From: Anaerolineae bacterium | GTDB taxonomy: Bacteria > Chloroflexota > Anaerolineae > DRVO01 | Length of the DNA: 64,000 nucleotides | Reading direction: 5' to 3' | Assembly (NCBI GenBank): GCA_040768685.1 | Contig: JAXGMM010000003.1 | Location: forward strand, 129,824-193,823 | In this document: piece by piece, positions 27,361 through 37,617 of the stretch | Numbering within the stretch: position 1 is the first letter of the stretch | Layout: every line of letters begins with the position of its first letter | Made by a program: the position numbers and the translations under genes | The notes under the pieces: generated by a model | The model's database searches: none | What the model saw: only the letters and a program-made list of their open reading frames with translations | What the model was told of the DNA's origin: nothing

Positions 27361-28640
27361 GACAGGTGGTGCACGGTCTTCTTGTCCTCAGCCTGCTTCC
27401 GCGCCGGCGGCTGCCGCCCACACCGCACGGAGGTGCGATCATCGCTCTGGAGGCGTCCGCCTCGGCGACAACCTCATCAGCCCCACACAGCGCCATCGGG
27501 GCGGTAGGCCGGCCTCGCATCAAGTCCCTGGTGGCTCTCCTTCTGCTGATGGGCAGCGCCGCCCTCGCGACATCCGCGGTCGTGCTTCACCTCCGCCTGT
27601 CCTCCGAAGTCCAGCCCGCCGTCAACTTGCCGGCATCTGCCGCCGGCGTCGTCGCCGTTCGTGCTCTACCCTCATCGCCGGTCATGGTCACCGTACGAGC
27701 GGGCGCGCTGCTGGCGACGGTGCCGGCCCTCGGCGGTAGCGTGGCGGACGCCATCCAGTCGGAGGAGTCCCTGTACGAGGCCGATCACGTCTGGCCCGCC
27801 CAAGGACAACCTCTGTCTTGGGGAACCTCGATCTGGCTTGAGCGCTCCATCCCCTTCACTCTGGTAAGCGGCGACCGGCGCACTGATCTGCGCGGCTATG
27901 GCAGCACCGTTGGCGAGGGACTGGCGAGCGCCGGCATCTTCTTGGTGGGTCGAGACTACTCCATCCCTGGCACCCAAGAAGAACTCGACCCCTATCAGGC
28001 CATCTCCGTCTACCGCGTGGCCGAGTACGTCGACATCGAGCAACGGACCACTTCCTTCGAGACCCTCTGGGAGGCCGACCCCGAACTGGAACTGGACCAA
28101 ACCCGGATGGCGCGCGAGGGCCAGGAGGGAGTGCGGCTCGAACGCTACGCCGTTACTCAAGTCAACGGAGAGACAGTGGAGCGCGAACTGGAGGACTCCT
28201 GGATCCAGCAGGAACCGCTGGACCGCCTCATGGCCTACGGCACCAAGGTCGTCCTTCGCACCGTGGACACGCCCCAAGGGCCCTTGCAGTACTGGCGCAA
28301 AGTCCGGGTCCTGGTGACGTCGTACAGCCCCAGCACGGCGGGGACCTCGCCGACTGCCTCCAACTACGGCATCACCCGCTCCGGCAAGCGCGCCACTACG
28401 GGCATGGTGGCCGTCGACCCATCGGTCATACCCATGGGCACGAGCATGTTCGTTCCCGGGTACGGCATTGGCGTGGCGGAAGACACCGGCAGCGCCATCA
28501 TCGGCCGGCACATCGACGTCTGCTACGACGATCACAACTTGGTCTACTGGCGTCGATGGGTCGACATCTACCTGCTCGCCCCCTCCCCGCCCGACTACCA
28601 GATTCGCTGGGTGCTGCCCAACTGGCCACCGGTTCGCTGA
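27345..28640 (+). CDS. G5 + 3D domain protein (YabE / RpfB-like architecture without the lysozyme-like domain); real start downstream of ffs
   Basis: C-terminal 3D-domain block GMVAVDPSVIPMGTSMFVPGYGIGVAEDTGSAIIGRHIDV with three conserved Asp. Upstream G5-like region. N-terminal signal/TM (LVALLLLMGSAALATSAVVL). The track ORF start at 27345 (TTG) overlaps the SRP RNA and is probably spurious. Confidence 0.65.
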   Translation: MAPLVRQVVHGLLVLSLLPRRRLPPTPHGGAIIALEASASATTSSAPHSAIGAVGRPRIKSLVALLLLMGSAALATSAVVLHLRLSSEVQPAVNLPASAAGVVAVRALPSSPVMVTVRAGALLATVPALGGSVADAIQSEESLYEADHVWPAQGQPLSWGTSIWLERSIPFTLVSGDRRTDLRGYGSTVGEGLASAGIFLVGRDYSIPGTQEELDPYQAISVYRVAEYVDIEQRTTSFETLWEADPELELDQTRMAREGQEGVRLERYAVTQVNGETVERELEDSWIQQEPLDRLMAYGTKVVLRTVDTPQGPLQYWRKVRVLVTSYSPSTAGTSPTASNYGITRSGKRATTGMVAVDPSVIPMGTSMFVPGYGIGVAEDTGSAIIGRHIDVCYDDHNLVYWRRWVDIYLLAPSPPDYQIRWVLPNWPPVR

Positions 28641-29521
28641 TGGCGGGCGAGCCCGAGTTCACCACGCTCTTCCCCGAGGGGCTGGCTCCCGGCCGTCTGC
28701 TGCGCTCCCTGGAGCTCACGGCGCGCAAAGGCCTGGGGCAGAACTTTCTCGCCGGCAGGGCGGCCCTCCGCCGGGTGCTGCTGGCGCTTGACCCGGGACC
28801 GGATGATCTAGTGGTGGAGATCGGCGCCGGCCTGGGGACGCTCACCGGCTTTCTCGCTGCCTCCGCCGGCCACGTGGTGGCCGTGGAACTGGACGACGGC
28901 CTCGCCGATCACCTGGAGAGCCAGTTCGCTGCCGTCGCCAGTCTGCGCATCGTTCGCGGCGACATCCTAGCGCTCGGTCCTGCCGAGCTGGGGATCTCCC
29001 CGGCCACGCCCTACAAGGCGGTGGGCAACCTACCCTACTACATCACCTCGGCGGCCTTGCGCCACGTGCTCGGCTGGCAACCACGTCCCCTAGTCTTTGT
29101 CGTGATGGTGCAGGAAGAGGTGGCCCGCCGCATCGTCGCCCCGCCGGGCGATCTCTCCCTTCTCGGGCTGATGGTGCAACTGGCCGGCAGAGCCGAGATG
29201 GTGGCCAGGGTTCCGGCGGGCGCCTTTGTGCCCCCGCCCAAGGTGAACTCTGCTGTGGTGCGGATCATGCCGCGGAACCAGCCGCTGTTGCCCCCGGAAC
29301 AGGAAGAGACCCTGTGGAGACTGGCCCGCGCCGCATTCCAGCAGAAGCGCAAGACGTTGGCCAACTCGCTGGCCGGGGCTCTGCCGGTCGCCAAGGAAGA
29401 GATCGGCGGGATGCTCGCGTCGTTGGGCCTGAGCCCGTCGGCTCGGGCTCAGGAGTTGAGTGTGGAGCAGTGGATGGCCCTCACCAGGAGCGTCCAGGAG
29501 TCTATCGATGGCAGCGCCTGA
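28640..29521 (+). CDS. rsmA: 16S rRNA (adenine1518/1519-N6)-dimethyltransferase
   Basis: GQNFLAGRAALRRVL and VVEIGAGLGTLT (SAM motif I) are typical KsgA/RsmA. Start MAGEPEF placed at the ATG overlapping the upstream TGA (TGATG). Confidence 0.85.
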   Translation: MAGEPEFTTLFPEGLAPGRLLRSLELTARKGLGQNFLAGRAALRRVLLALDPGPDDLVVEIGAGLGTLTGFLAASAGHVVAVELDDGLADHLESQFAAVASLRIVRGDILALGPAELGISPATPYKAVGNLPYYITSAALRHVLGWQPRPLVFVVMVQEEVARRIVAPPGDLSLLGLMVQLAGRAEMVARVPAGAFVPPPKVNSAVVRIMPRNQPLLPPEQEETLWRLARAAFQQKRKTLANSLAGALPVAKEEIGGMLASLGLSPSARAQELSVEQWMALTRSVQESIDGSA

Positions 29522-30470
29522 GTACGCCCTCCATCCCTACAGCGAACGCTTCCCCGGCGTAGCCACGGTGTCCGAGCTCAACGACCTGGCCTTCGCTCAG
29601 TACCCTGGAGTCATCGAGGGCGGCGAGGCCTTCATGCGCTGGTACATGGATCGCCCCGGCCTGGACCCGGACCTGTGCCGGGGCGTCTGGTCGGGCAACA
29701 GCCTGGTTGCGAGCCTCTTCGTGACCGTGCTGCCCTTGTACCTCCACGGCGCGCTCCACCAGGTGGGAGTCATCGACACCGTGATGACTCATCCCCACCA
29801 CCGCCGCCGCGGACTGGCCCGTTTGCTGCTCTCCTCCGCAATGGACCGAGCTCGCGGGCGCGGCCTGGACGCGCTCCAGCTCTACACCATGCCCGGCAGC
29901 CCCGGGCACTGCCTCTACACAAGCCTGGGCTTCGCCGATCGGGCCGTCCTGCGGTACTGGACCGCCGAGGCCACAGCTGGGGATCCCACCGGCTGGCGTC
30001 GCGCCCAGCCCGAGGAGGACGCCATCTCGCGGGCGACAGTGGAGGCCATGCGAGAGCGCTACGACGGCGTTCCCCAACTCAACGAGGCCTACTGGGCTTG
30101 GCGACGGCGCCTTCGCCCGCCGAGCATTCCGGCCGAGGTGCGGCTGCGGTTTGGAGATGGCAGTCCTGACGAGTCCGTGGCGCTGCTGCCCACCCCCATG
30201 ACCGCCCTGGGCAAGAGAGTGGTACTCAGCGACATCTCTGTGCGGCGCGAGGACAGCCTCGTCTCTCTGGCTGCCGCCCTGCCCACGGGCGCCGCGCTCG
30301 TGGCTTTGGCCGATGAGGCCGACGCCGTCCTGAGCAGCGCTCTGCGGCAGGCCGGCTTCGCGCCGGGCGCCGCCGAGGCGACGATGCTGCTGCCCCTCAC
30401 CGAATCCGTAGCGGCCGCCCCCACGCTCCATCCCTGGTTCGCCCTCACGGAGTCCGTGATCGGCGTGTGA
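29508..30470 (+). CDS. GNAT-family N-acetyltransferase (two-lobed, about 320 aa)
   Basis: HRRRGLARLLLSSAMDRARGRG matches the GNAT motif A (R/Q-x-x-G-x-G/A). Start at MAAPEYALHPY inside the longer track ORF; it overlaps the rsmA end by 14 nt. Confidence 0.6.
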   Translation: MAAPEYALHPYSERFPGVATVSELNDLAFAQYPGVIEGGEAFMRWYMDRPGLDPDLCRGVWSGNSLVASLFVTVLPLYLHGALHQVGVIDTVMTHPHHRRRGLARLLLSSAMDRARGRGLDALQLYTMPGSPGHCLYTSLGFADRAVLRYWTAEATAGDPTGWRRAQPEEDAISRATVEAMRERYDGVPQLNEAYWAWRRRLRPPSIPAEVRLRFGDGSPDESVALLPTPMTALGKRVVLSDISVRREDSLVSLAAALPTGAALVALADEADAVLSSALRQAGFAPGAAEATMLLPLTESVAAAPTLHPWFALTESVIGV

Positions 30471-30536
30471 CGCCGACGAGCGCCGGCGGGGATGCCGGCG
30501 CTCGCGAAGTGCTTCTCCCATTTTGCGCTTTCGCCG

Positions 30537-31073
30537 CTATCCGGCGACCTCCTCCTTCACCGGTTCCGCCGCGCCTGTCTGCCAAGCGGGCGGATGCTGC
30601 TGGTCCACGCCCTTGACCATATTGGCCCAGGCGCTGCTGCCCTGCAGCCGGTGGTCCACCGGCGGCTGGATCAGGAGGATCTCGTGGGCATATTCCGGCG
30701 ACTGCCGGCTTCTCTCCCAGGCCTGCGTCCACACACACCGCATGGTGGGGATCACCTCGCAGTAGCCGCCCTTGCGCACGCCGCCACAGGGACCGTTACG
30801 AAGCTTCTTCGGGCAGTTCATCGGGCACGTCATGCCGGTGCTGTGCAGAACGCACTGCCCGCACATGAAGCAGTTGAAGAGGTAGCCCTTCATGACGACC
30901 TCTCCGAAGATGAACAGCTTCTCCGCCGCCGTGGGGCTGATCTTGTCCAGCGTCGGGTACACCCGGTCGACCACTCGCCGCGTGAAGCGGTAGAACTTGT
31001 CCAAGCTCGCGGGATGGTTCTTGATCCACTCGCTGCCGAGCAGCCGCCGTGCTTCGCGGTATCTGACGGTCAT
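30537..31073 (-). CDS. MTHFR_C-domain protein (MetV-like zinc-ribbon protein; methylenetetrahydrofolate reductase C-terminal-like domain)
   Basis: Cys-rich core GYLFNCFMCGQCVLHSTGMTCPMNCPKKLRNGPCGGVRKGGYC, including the PCGG motif that characterizes Pfam MTHFR_C (as recalled). Start taken at MTVRYREARRL. The track ORF extends 50 codons further. Confidence 0.55.
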   Translation of the reverse strand: MTVRYREARRLLGSEWIKNHPASLDKFYRFTRRVVDRVYPTLDKISPTAAEKLFIFGEVVMKGYLFNCFMCGQCVLHSTGMTCPMNCPKKLRNGPCGGVRKGGYCEVIPTMRCVWTQAWERSRQSPEYAHEILLIQPPVDHRLQGSSAWANMVKGVDQQHPPAWQTGAAEPVKEEVAG

Positions 31074-31247
31074 CAACTCTCCCCTACCCCGGCCCCACTC
31101 GCGGCCGGAAAGAATGCGATCCACTGGCGGCCGGGACGGCAGCATCCGAACGTAGTTGGCGCGCTCGAACGCCGCCGGATCCTCGACCTTCTGCCGGCTA
31201 AGGGCGCCTCGCCCCTCGTCCACGCAGGCGTGCTGCCGCTGCGCATC

Positions 31248-34200
31248 CTACTCGTCCGAGGACTCCTCCTTGCCGGCCTCGCCTTCCGCCTCCCCGAAGC
31301 TCATGGCGGCCAGGTGCTCGTACTTGCGCCACCGGTCGGCGACAGCCACCTCGGCTTGGGCCAGGAGACGCGCGGCCTCCTCCGGCTTGCTGCGCTGCAA
31401 CATGCGGTAGCGGTTCTCGTTGTAGATGTAGTCCTTCAGAGGCACGCTTGGCGCCTTTGAGTCGAGCTGCAGAGGGTTCAGGCCCTGAGCGCGGCGCCGC
31501 GGGTCGAAGCGATACAGCGGCCAATGGCCGGTTGCCACGGCCAAGCGCTCCTGCTCCGCGCCCCTCCGCATGTCATAGCCGTGCTGGGTGCAGTGCGCGT
31601 AGGCAATGACCAGGGACGGCCCGTCATAGGACTCCGCCTCCAGAAGCGCCTGGATGGTCTGGCGCTCGTTGGCGCCCATGGCGATCTGGGCCACGTAGAC
31701 GTAGCCATAGTTCATCGCCATCATACCCAGGTCCTTCTTGGGGAGCGGCTTGCCGCCGGCAGCAAACTTCGCCACCGCTCCGAGGCCGGTAGCCTTGGAG
31801 GCCTGACCGCCGGTGTTCGAGTAGACCTCAGTGTCGAGGACGAGCACGTTCACGTTACGGCCGGCGGCCAAGACATGGTCAAGTCCGCCGTAGCCGATGT
31901 CGTAGGCCCAGCCGTCGCCGCCGATCGCCCATATCGTCTTCCGCTCCAGGCCGTCAGCCACGCTCAGGAGCTCGCGGCAGCAAGGAAGATCGTTCTGGGA
32001 CTTGGCCAGCGCCTCGCGCAGCTGCGCCACTCTGGCCCGCTGCATCCGGATGAGATCGGCGCTGGACTGGTCCGCCTCAAGGATGGCGGAGGCCAGGTCC
32101 TCGCCCACTACGGAGGCGAGAGCGGTCAACAGCTCGCGGGCGTACTTCTCCCGCTGATCGAGCGACAGGCGGAAGCCCATGCCGAACTCGGCATTGTCCT
32201 CAAAGAGGGAGTTGGCCCAGGCCACGCCCCGCCCTTCCGCGTCATGCCCCCAGGAGGTGTCGGGCAGGTTGGCGCCGTAGATGCTTGAGCAGCCGGTGGC
32301 GTTGGCGACGATGGTGCGGTCGCCGAACAACTGGCTGAGCAGCCGCAGGTACGGCGTCTCGCCGCAGCCGGCACAGGCGCTATGGAACTGGAAGTAAGGC
32401 GGGAGAAGCTGCACGTTCTTGGTCGTGTTGAAGGTCAATCCCGCATTCAGAGCCAGACTAGGCAGGCCGGAGAAGAACTCCCAGTTCGCCCGCTCCGTCT
32501 CGCGGATGGGCAGTTGCGGCTCCATGTTGATGGCCTTGCGGTCGGGCGCCTTCCTGTCCTTGCCCGGGCAGTTCTCGACGCAAACGCCGCAACCGGTGCA
32601 GTCTTCCACCGAGACCTGCACGGTGTACTTCGCGCCCTTCAGGGCCGGCTCCCGCCAACGAGCGTCGGTGGACTTGAAGGTCGCGGGGGCGTGTTCGAGT
32701 TGGGCCGGATCGTAGACCTTGGAGCGAATGACGGCGTGCGGGCAGAGCATGACGCAACGACCGCACTGGATGCACAGATCGGGCTGCCACACCGGCACTT
32801 CCAGGGCCAGGTTGCGCTTGCCCCACAGGGTGATGCCGCTGGGGAAGGTCCCGTCCACGGGCACCCCGCTAACAGGAATCGAATCGCCCTCGTTGACCAT
32901 CAGCTTGGCGGAGAAGGTGCGCACGAACTCAGGCGCCTTGTCCGACACGGCAGGCGGCCGCTCGAAGGTGCTCGTCGGTGCAGCGGGAATGTCGAGCTTG
33001 TGGAGGTGGGCCACTGCAGCGTCCACGGCGGCGTAGTTCTGCTGCACTACCGCCTCGCCGCGCTTGCCGTACGTGTCCCGGATAGCCTTCTTGATGGACT
33101 CGATGGCCTCATCGGCGGGCAGGATGCCGCTGATAGCAAAGAAGCAGGTCTGCATGATGGTGTTGATGCGGCCGCCCATGCCCGTGTCGTGCGCCACCCG
33201 ATAGGCATTGATGGAGTAGACATTGAGGCCCTTGTCGATGATCTGCTGCTGCACGGAACGCGGCAGCTTATCCCAGACCTCGTCCGCCTCATAGGGGGCG
33301 TTGATGAGAAGGGTGGCGCCCGGCTTAGCCGCCGCCAGAATGTCGTAGCGCTCAAAGAAGCCGAACTGGTGGACGCCGATAAAGTCGGCCTGGCGGATCA
33401 GATAGGGCGACCGGATCGGGTCCGGCCCGAAGCGGAGGTGCGAGATGGTGCTGGCGCCCGCCTTCTTCGAGTCATACACAAAGTAGCCCTGAGCCTGATT
33501 GGGCGTCGTCTCGCCGATGATCTTGATGCTGTTCTTGTTGGCGCCCACCGTGCCGTCGGAGCCCAGGCCCCAGAAGATCGCTCGCTTCACCTTGCCCGAC
33601 TCGGTGTCCAACTGCTGCGTGACGTCCAGGCTGGCGAAGGTCACATCGTCAACGATCCCCACGGTGAAGTGGTTCTTGGGGCTGTCCTTCTTGAGCTCGT
33701 CCAAGGCCGCCCGGACCATCTCCGGGGTGAACTCCTTGGAGGAGAGCCCATACCGGCCGCCGATGACCTTGATGCGGCGGTTGGGATCGCCCTGCTCCGC
33801 AATGGCGGTGACCACGTCCTGGTACAGCGGCTCGCCGATGGCTCCCGGCTCCTTGGTGCGGTCGAGCACGGTGATGCCCTTGCACGTAGCCGGGATGGCG
33901 TTGAGGAAAGCCTGGACGGCAAATGGGCGGTAGAGGCGAACCTTGATCAGGCCGACCTTCTCACCTTGCGCCACCAGGTGATCCACGGCCTCGTGGGCCG
34001 TCTCCGCCCCGGAGCCCATGATCACCATGACCCGCTCGGCGTCCGGCGCACCCACGTAGTCAAACAGGTGGTACTGGCGTCCGACCTGCTTGGCGAAATC
34101 GTCCATCGTCTGCTGGACGATCTCCGGAACACGCTGGTAGTAGGCGTTAGCCGCCTCACGGCCCTGGAAGAAGACGTCCGGGTTCTGTGCGGTCCCCCTC

Positions 34201-34844
34201 GTTACCGGATGATCGGGCGAGAGGCCGCGGGCCCGGTGAGCATGCACCAACCGCTCGTCGATCATCGCCCGGATGTCGTCGTCGGTGAGTTGCTCGATCT
34301 TGGCCACTTCATGCGAGGTCCGGAAGCCGTCGAAAGCGTGGATGAACGGCACCCGCGCCTTCAGCGTCGCCGACTGGGCGATCAGGGCGAAGTCCATCAC
34401 TTCCTGCACCGAGTTGGCGAACAGCATCGCCCAGCCGGTGCTGCGCGTAGCCATCACGTCACTATGGTCGCCGAAGATGGACAGTGCGTGGGTGGCCACG
34501 GTGCGGGCGGCGATGTGAAACACGGTGCTGGTGAGTTCACCCGCGATCTTGAACATGTTGGGGATCATGAGCAGCAGGCCCTGGCTGGCCGTGAAGGTAG
34601 TGCTCAGAGACCCCGTCTGCAGAGAGCCGTGCACGGCTCCCGCCGCGCCCGCCTCGGACTGCATCTCGACCACGGTGGGCACGGTGCCCCAGATGTTCGT
34701 GCGGCCGTAGGCGCTCCACTCATCCGCGTGCTCGCCCATGTTCGAGGAGGGCGTGATAGGGTAGATCACGATCACTTCTGCGGTCTTGTGGGCTACATAG
34801 GCTGCCGCTTCGTTCCCGTCGATGGTCACGTACTGACGCGTCAT
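31248..34844 (-). CDS. por: pyruvate:ferredoxin (flavodoxin) oxidoreductase, single-polypeptide homodimeric type
   Basis: 1198 aa. Two 4Fe-4S ferredoxin motifs CIQCGRCVMLCP and CTGCGVCVENCP. TPP-binding GGDGW..D.G near the C-terminus. Domain order and length are typical of NifJ-type PFOR. Confidence 0.9.
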   Translation of the reverse strand: MTRQYVTIDGNEAAAYVAHKTAEVIVIYPITPSSNMGEHADEWSAYGRTNIWGTVPTVVEMQSEAGAAGAVHGSLQTGSLSTTFTASQGLLLMIPNMFKIAGELTSTVFHIAARTVATHALSIFGDHSDVMATRSTGWAMLFANSVQEVMDFALIAQSATLKARVPFIHAFDGFRTSHEVAKIEQLTDDDIRAMIDERLVHAHRARGLSPDHPVTRGTAQNPDVFFQGREAANAYYQRVPEIVQQTMDDFAKQVGRQYHLFDYVGAPDAERVMVIMGSGAETAHEAVDHLVAQGEKVGLIKVRLYRPFAVQAFLNAIPATCKGITVLDRTKEPGAIGEPLYQDVVTAIAEQGDPNRRIKVIGGRYGLSSKEFTPEMVRAALDELKKDSPKNHFTVGIVDDVTFASLDVTQQLDTESGKVKRAIFWGLGSDGTVGANKNSIKIIGETTPNQAQGYFVYDSKKAGASTISHLRFGPDPIRSPYLIRQADFIGVHQFGFFERYDILAAAKPGATLLINAPYEADEVWDKLPRSVQQQIIDKGLNVYSINAYRVAHDTGMGGRINTIMQTCFFAISGILPADEAIESIKKAIRDTYGKRGEAVVQQNYAAVDAAVAHLHKLDIPAAPTSTFERPPAVSDKAPEFVRTFSAKLMVNEGDSIPVSGVPVDGTFPSGITLWGKRNLALEVPVWQPDLCIQCGRCVMLCPHAVIRSKVYDPAQLEHAPATFKSTDARWREPALKGAKYTVQVSVEDCTGCGVCVENCPGKDRKAPDRKAINMEPQLPIRETERANWEFFSGLPSLALNAGLTFNTTKNVQLLPPYFQFHSACAGCGETPYLRLLSQLFGDRTIVANATGCSSIYGANLPDTSWGHDAEGRGVAWANSLFEDNAEFGMGFRLSLDQREKYARELLTALASVVGEDLASAILEADQSSADLIRMQRARVAQLREALAKSQNDLPCCRELLSVADGLERKTIWAIGGDGWAYDIGYGGLDHVLAAGRNVNVLVLDTEVYSNTGGQASKATGLGAVAKFAAGGKPLPKKDLGMMAMNYGYVYVAQIAMGANERQTIQALLEAESYDGPSLVIAYAHCTQHGYDMRRGAEQERLAVATGHWPLYRFDPRRRAQGLNPLQLDSKAPSVPLKDYIYNENRYRMLQRSKPEEAARLLAQAEVAVADRWRKYEHLAAMSFGEAEGEAGKEESSDE

Positions 34845-35011
34845 TGCTCCTCCATCTGATGAAAACAGACCACTGGAATTGCCCAGGCCGGCTATAGCCT
34901 GGGCGAGCCTGGTCTAGGTTCGCAGTTCCCTCCATTCTAATCCCGGTCGCCGGTTTATCCAATCCCGGATGCTCGAGCCGCCCGCTGAGGCGCCCCAGGG
35001 GCCGGCCCCGG

Positions 35012-35953
35012 CTACAAGCTCCGGGTCGGCGTAGCCTCCATAAAGCGCAGCGTCTCTCCCAGCGAACGTACCCCCGTGACCGCTCCCACCGCCGTGACGC
35101 AGAGAGCGCCCACCGCGTTGGCGAAGCGAGCCGTCTTCTCCAGGTCCCATCCGTGGACGAGGCCGGTGAGGAAGCCGGCCACAAAAGCATCTCCGGCACC
35201 CGTCGCGTCGACCGCCTCGACCACGAAGGGTGGCAGGCGCAACTCAACGTCGCCATGGCGTACGTACGACCCCAGCTCGCCCATCTTCAGGCCGACGGTA
35301 CCCACTCCATAGTCCATGAGAACCTCGGCCACGTCCTCCGGGTGCTCCTTGCCCGTGATCATTTGCGCCTCGGCGAGGCTGGGCAGCATGACATCGATGT
35401 AGGGTAGGCAGGGCTCGATCATCTGCATCCAGCGTCCGCGCGCGTCCCAGACGGTGTCGAGGGAGGTGGTGAGGCCCATCTCCCTGGCCCGCTTGAGAGT
35501 GCGAGCCGTGGGCTCACCGTCGATGCCGGGCATAACGAGAGCGCCGGCGATGTGCAGGATCTGCGCCTCGCTCACCACGGACATGTCCACTTCGCTCTCC
35601 ACCAACTCGCCGTTGGCGCCCAAACAGTGGAGGAAGCGACGCTCCCCGTCCGGCTCCACCATCGCCATGGTGGCCGATGTGTTGACGTCGCTCTTGCGTA
35701 TCACACCGCGCGAATCGACGCCGTGCCGGTTTAGCTCGCGGACGATGAAGTCGCCAAAGCCGTCCTCGCCCACCGCCCCCAGCACCCCGACGTCAACGCC
35801 AAGCTTGGCGAGGGAGATGCCGGTATTCGCGGCGCATCCACCGGTGTGCAACTCCATCTGGTCGACCAGAGTCAGCCGCCCGCGCTCAGGCAACTCCACC
35901 ACCGGCCGTGCTACCACATCGGCTACCATGATGCCCAGACAGGCTACCTGCAT
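35012..35953 (-). CDS. PfkB-family carbohydrate kinase (ribokinase/KDG-kinase-like)
   Basis: N-terminal GG motif LHTGGCAANT. C-terminal DATGAGDAFVAGFL (PfkB signature 2 with catalytic GAGD). Confidence 0.8.
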   Translation of the reverse strand: MQVACLGIMVADVVARPVVELPERGRLTLVDQMELHTGGCAANTGISLAKLGVDVGVLGAVGEDGFGDFIVRELNRHGVDSRGVIRKSDVNTSATMAMVEPDGERRFLHCLGANGELVESEVDMSVVSEAQILHIAGALVMPGIDGEPTARTLKRAREMGLTTSLDTVWDARGRWMQMIEPCLPYIDVMLPSLAEAQMITGKEHPEDVAEVLMDYGVGTVGLKMGELGSYVRHGDVELRLPPFVVEAVDATGAGDAFVAGFLTGLVHGWDLEKTARFANAVGALCVTAVGAVTGVRSLGETLRFMEATPTRSL

Positions 35954-35972
35954 CGCCTCACCTCAATCACCG

Positions 35973-37514
35973 TCATTGGTACTGCCGCGCCAGCCCGGCG
36001 ACCTGGTGGAACCGGTCCTTCAGCGCCGGGTAAAGACCGGTGTAGATACCGTAGTACTGCTCGTAACGCTCCTGGTGAGCGGGGTCAGGGCGACGTGTGT
36101 CGACGACTCCGATGGTGGCCGAACATGCCTCCGCGACACTGCCGTAGATCCCCGCGCCCACCGCCGCCAACAGAGCCACGCCGTATGCCGGCCCCTCGGT
36201 CACATGCAAAGTCACGGTGTCCACTCCGAAGACGTCGGCCTGCATTTGCCTCCAGAGCGGGCTTCGCGCCCCGCCGCCCGACGCCCGCACTTGCGTCACA
36301 GGCACATGCATCTCGTGGCGCATTATGTCGAGAGAATCCCGGAGGCTGTAGACAACCCCCTCCATGATAGCACGCACCACCATCGCCCGGTCGTGTCGCG
36401 CCGTGATGCCGAAGAGCAGCCCGCGCGCCTCGGGGTCGAGGACGGGGGCTCGCTCGCCCATCAGGTAGGGCAGCCACAGTAGTCCCTCACACCCCAGAGG
36501 CGCTCGCTCTGCCTCCCGGCTCAGCAAGTCATAAGGGTCGGCGCCCAGCCATCGGGCCGTGGCTGTCTCGGCGTCGCCGAAGTTGTCCCGGAACCAGCGG
36601 AGCGAGAGCCCGGCCCCCTGCGTCACTCCCATGACGTGCCACTTCCCCGGCACTGCGTGGCAGAATGTCTGCAGGCGGCCCTTGTCGTCGCGGCGGGGCG
36701 CATCGGTGAAGGCGAAGACCACCCCAGACGTGCCTATGGTGCTGGAGACAATGCCCGTCTCGACGATGCCGTTGCCCACCGCCCCCGCCGCCTGGTCCCC
36801 GCCGCCGCCCACCACCGGCAATCCCTCAGGAAGACCGGTCTCGCTCGCCGCCTGCCGCGTCAGCCGGCCGCTAACTACTTCGGACTCGAACGCCGCCGGC
36901 AGCAACTCGCGGTCCAGGCTGAGGTCATCCACGACGTCCCAGGCCCAGTCGCGACCCTGGACGTCGAACAGGGACGTGCCCGATGCATCGGAGACCTCGG
37001 TGGCGTACTCGCCCGTGAGGCGGAAGCGGATGTAGTCCTTCGGAAGGAGGCACTTGCGGGCCTGCTCGAACACGGCCGGCTCGTTATCGCGTATCCAAAG
37101 CAGCTTGGGAGCGCTGAAACCCGTAAGCGCGGGGTTGGAGGTGCGCTCGATCAGGCGCTGGGCCCCGATCGTCTCCGTGATCCAGTCGCACTGAGCCTGG
37201 CTGCGCTGATCAGCCCAGATGATGCTGCGACGGAGCACGTTGTCGGCCGCGTCCAGCAGCACCACGCCGTGCATCTGCCCAGACAGGCCCATCGCCTTGA
37301 TGGCGTCGGGCGACACGCGTGATTCAGCCAGCACACCGCGGATGGCGTTGACCGCACCCTGCCACCAATCGGCCGGTTCCTGCTCCGCCCACTGCGGGTA
37401 GGGCTGGTACAGCGGATACTCGGACGTAGCGGAGGCCACCGGCACGCCGTCTTCCCGGATGAGCAGAGCGCGCGCTCCGCCAGTGCCGATGTCCACACCC
37501 AGCAGGTAGGCCAT
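35973..37514 (-). CDS. FGGY-family carbohydrate kinase (xylulokinase-like)
   Basis: LLGVDIGTGGARALL N-terminal actin-fold phosphate-1 motif. Later GGGDQAAGAVGNG and GSGGGARS motifs typical of the FGGY family. Start at MAYLLGVDIG. The track ORF has 62 extra N-terminal codons. Confidence 0.8.
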   Translation of the reverse strand: MAYLLGVDIGTGGARALLIREDGVPVASATSEYPLYQPYPQWAEQEPADWWQGAVNAIRGVLAESRVSPDAIKAMGLSGQMHGVVLLDAADNVLRRSIIWADQRSQAQCDWITETIGAQRLIERTSNPALTGFSAPKLLWIRDNEPAVFEQARKCLLPKDYIRFRLTGEYATEVSDASGTSLFDVQGRDWAWDVVDDLSLDRELLPAAFESEVVSGRLTRQAASETGLPEGLPVVGGGGDQAAGAVGNGIVETGIVSSTIGTSGVVFAFTDAPRRDDKGRLQTFCHAVPGKWHVMGVTQGAGLSLRWFRDNFGDAETATARWLGADPYDLLSREAERAPLGCEGLLWLPYLMGERAPVLDPEARGLLFGITARHDRAMVVRAIMEGVVYSLRDSLDIMRHEMHVPVTQVRASGGGARSPLWRQMQADVFGVDTVTLHVTEGPAYGVALLAAVGAGIYGSVAEACSATIGVVDTRRPDPAHQERYEQYYGIYTGLYPALKDRFHQVAGLARQYQ

Positions 37515-37617
37515 TACCGCTCTCCTTGGAGCCTCGAGGTAGCCGGCAGCGACCAGGGGACCAGTCGCCCTTTTCCCCGGACGCGGCAAAAGCATTGTAT
37601 CACCCTGCCGGGCGGCG

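Noticed and set aside
32382-34859. 825-aa plus-strand ORF antisense to the PFOR gene
   Set aside because: Same reasoning. The PFOR frame carries unmistakable ferredoxin and TPP motifs. The antisense frame is low-complexity (R/G/A/L/V) and has no RBS.
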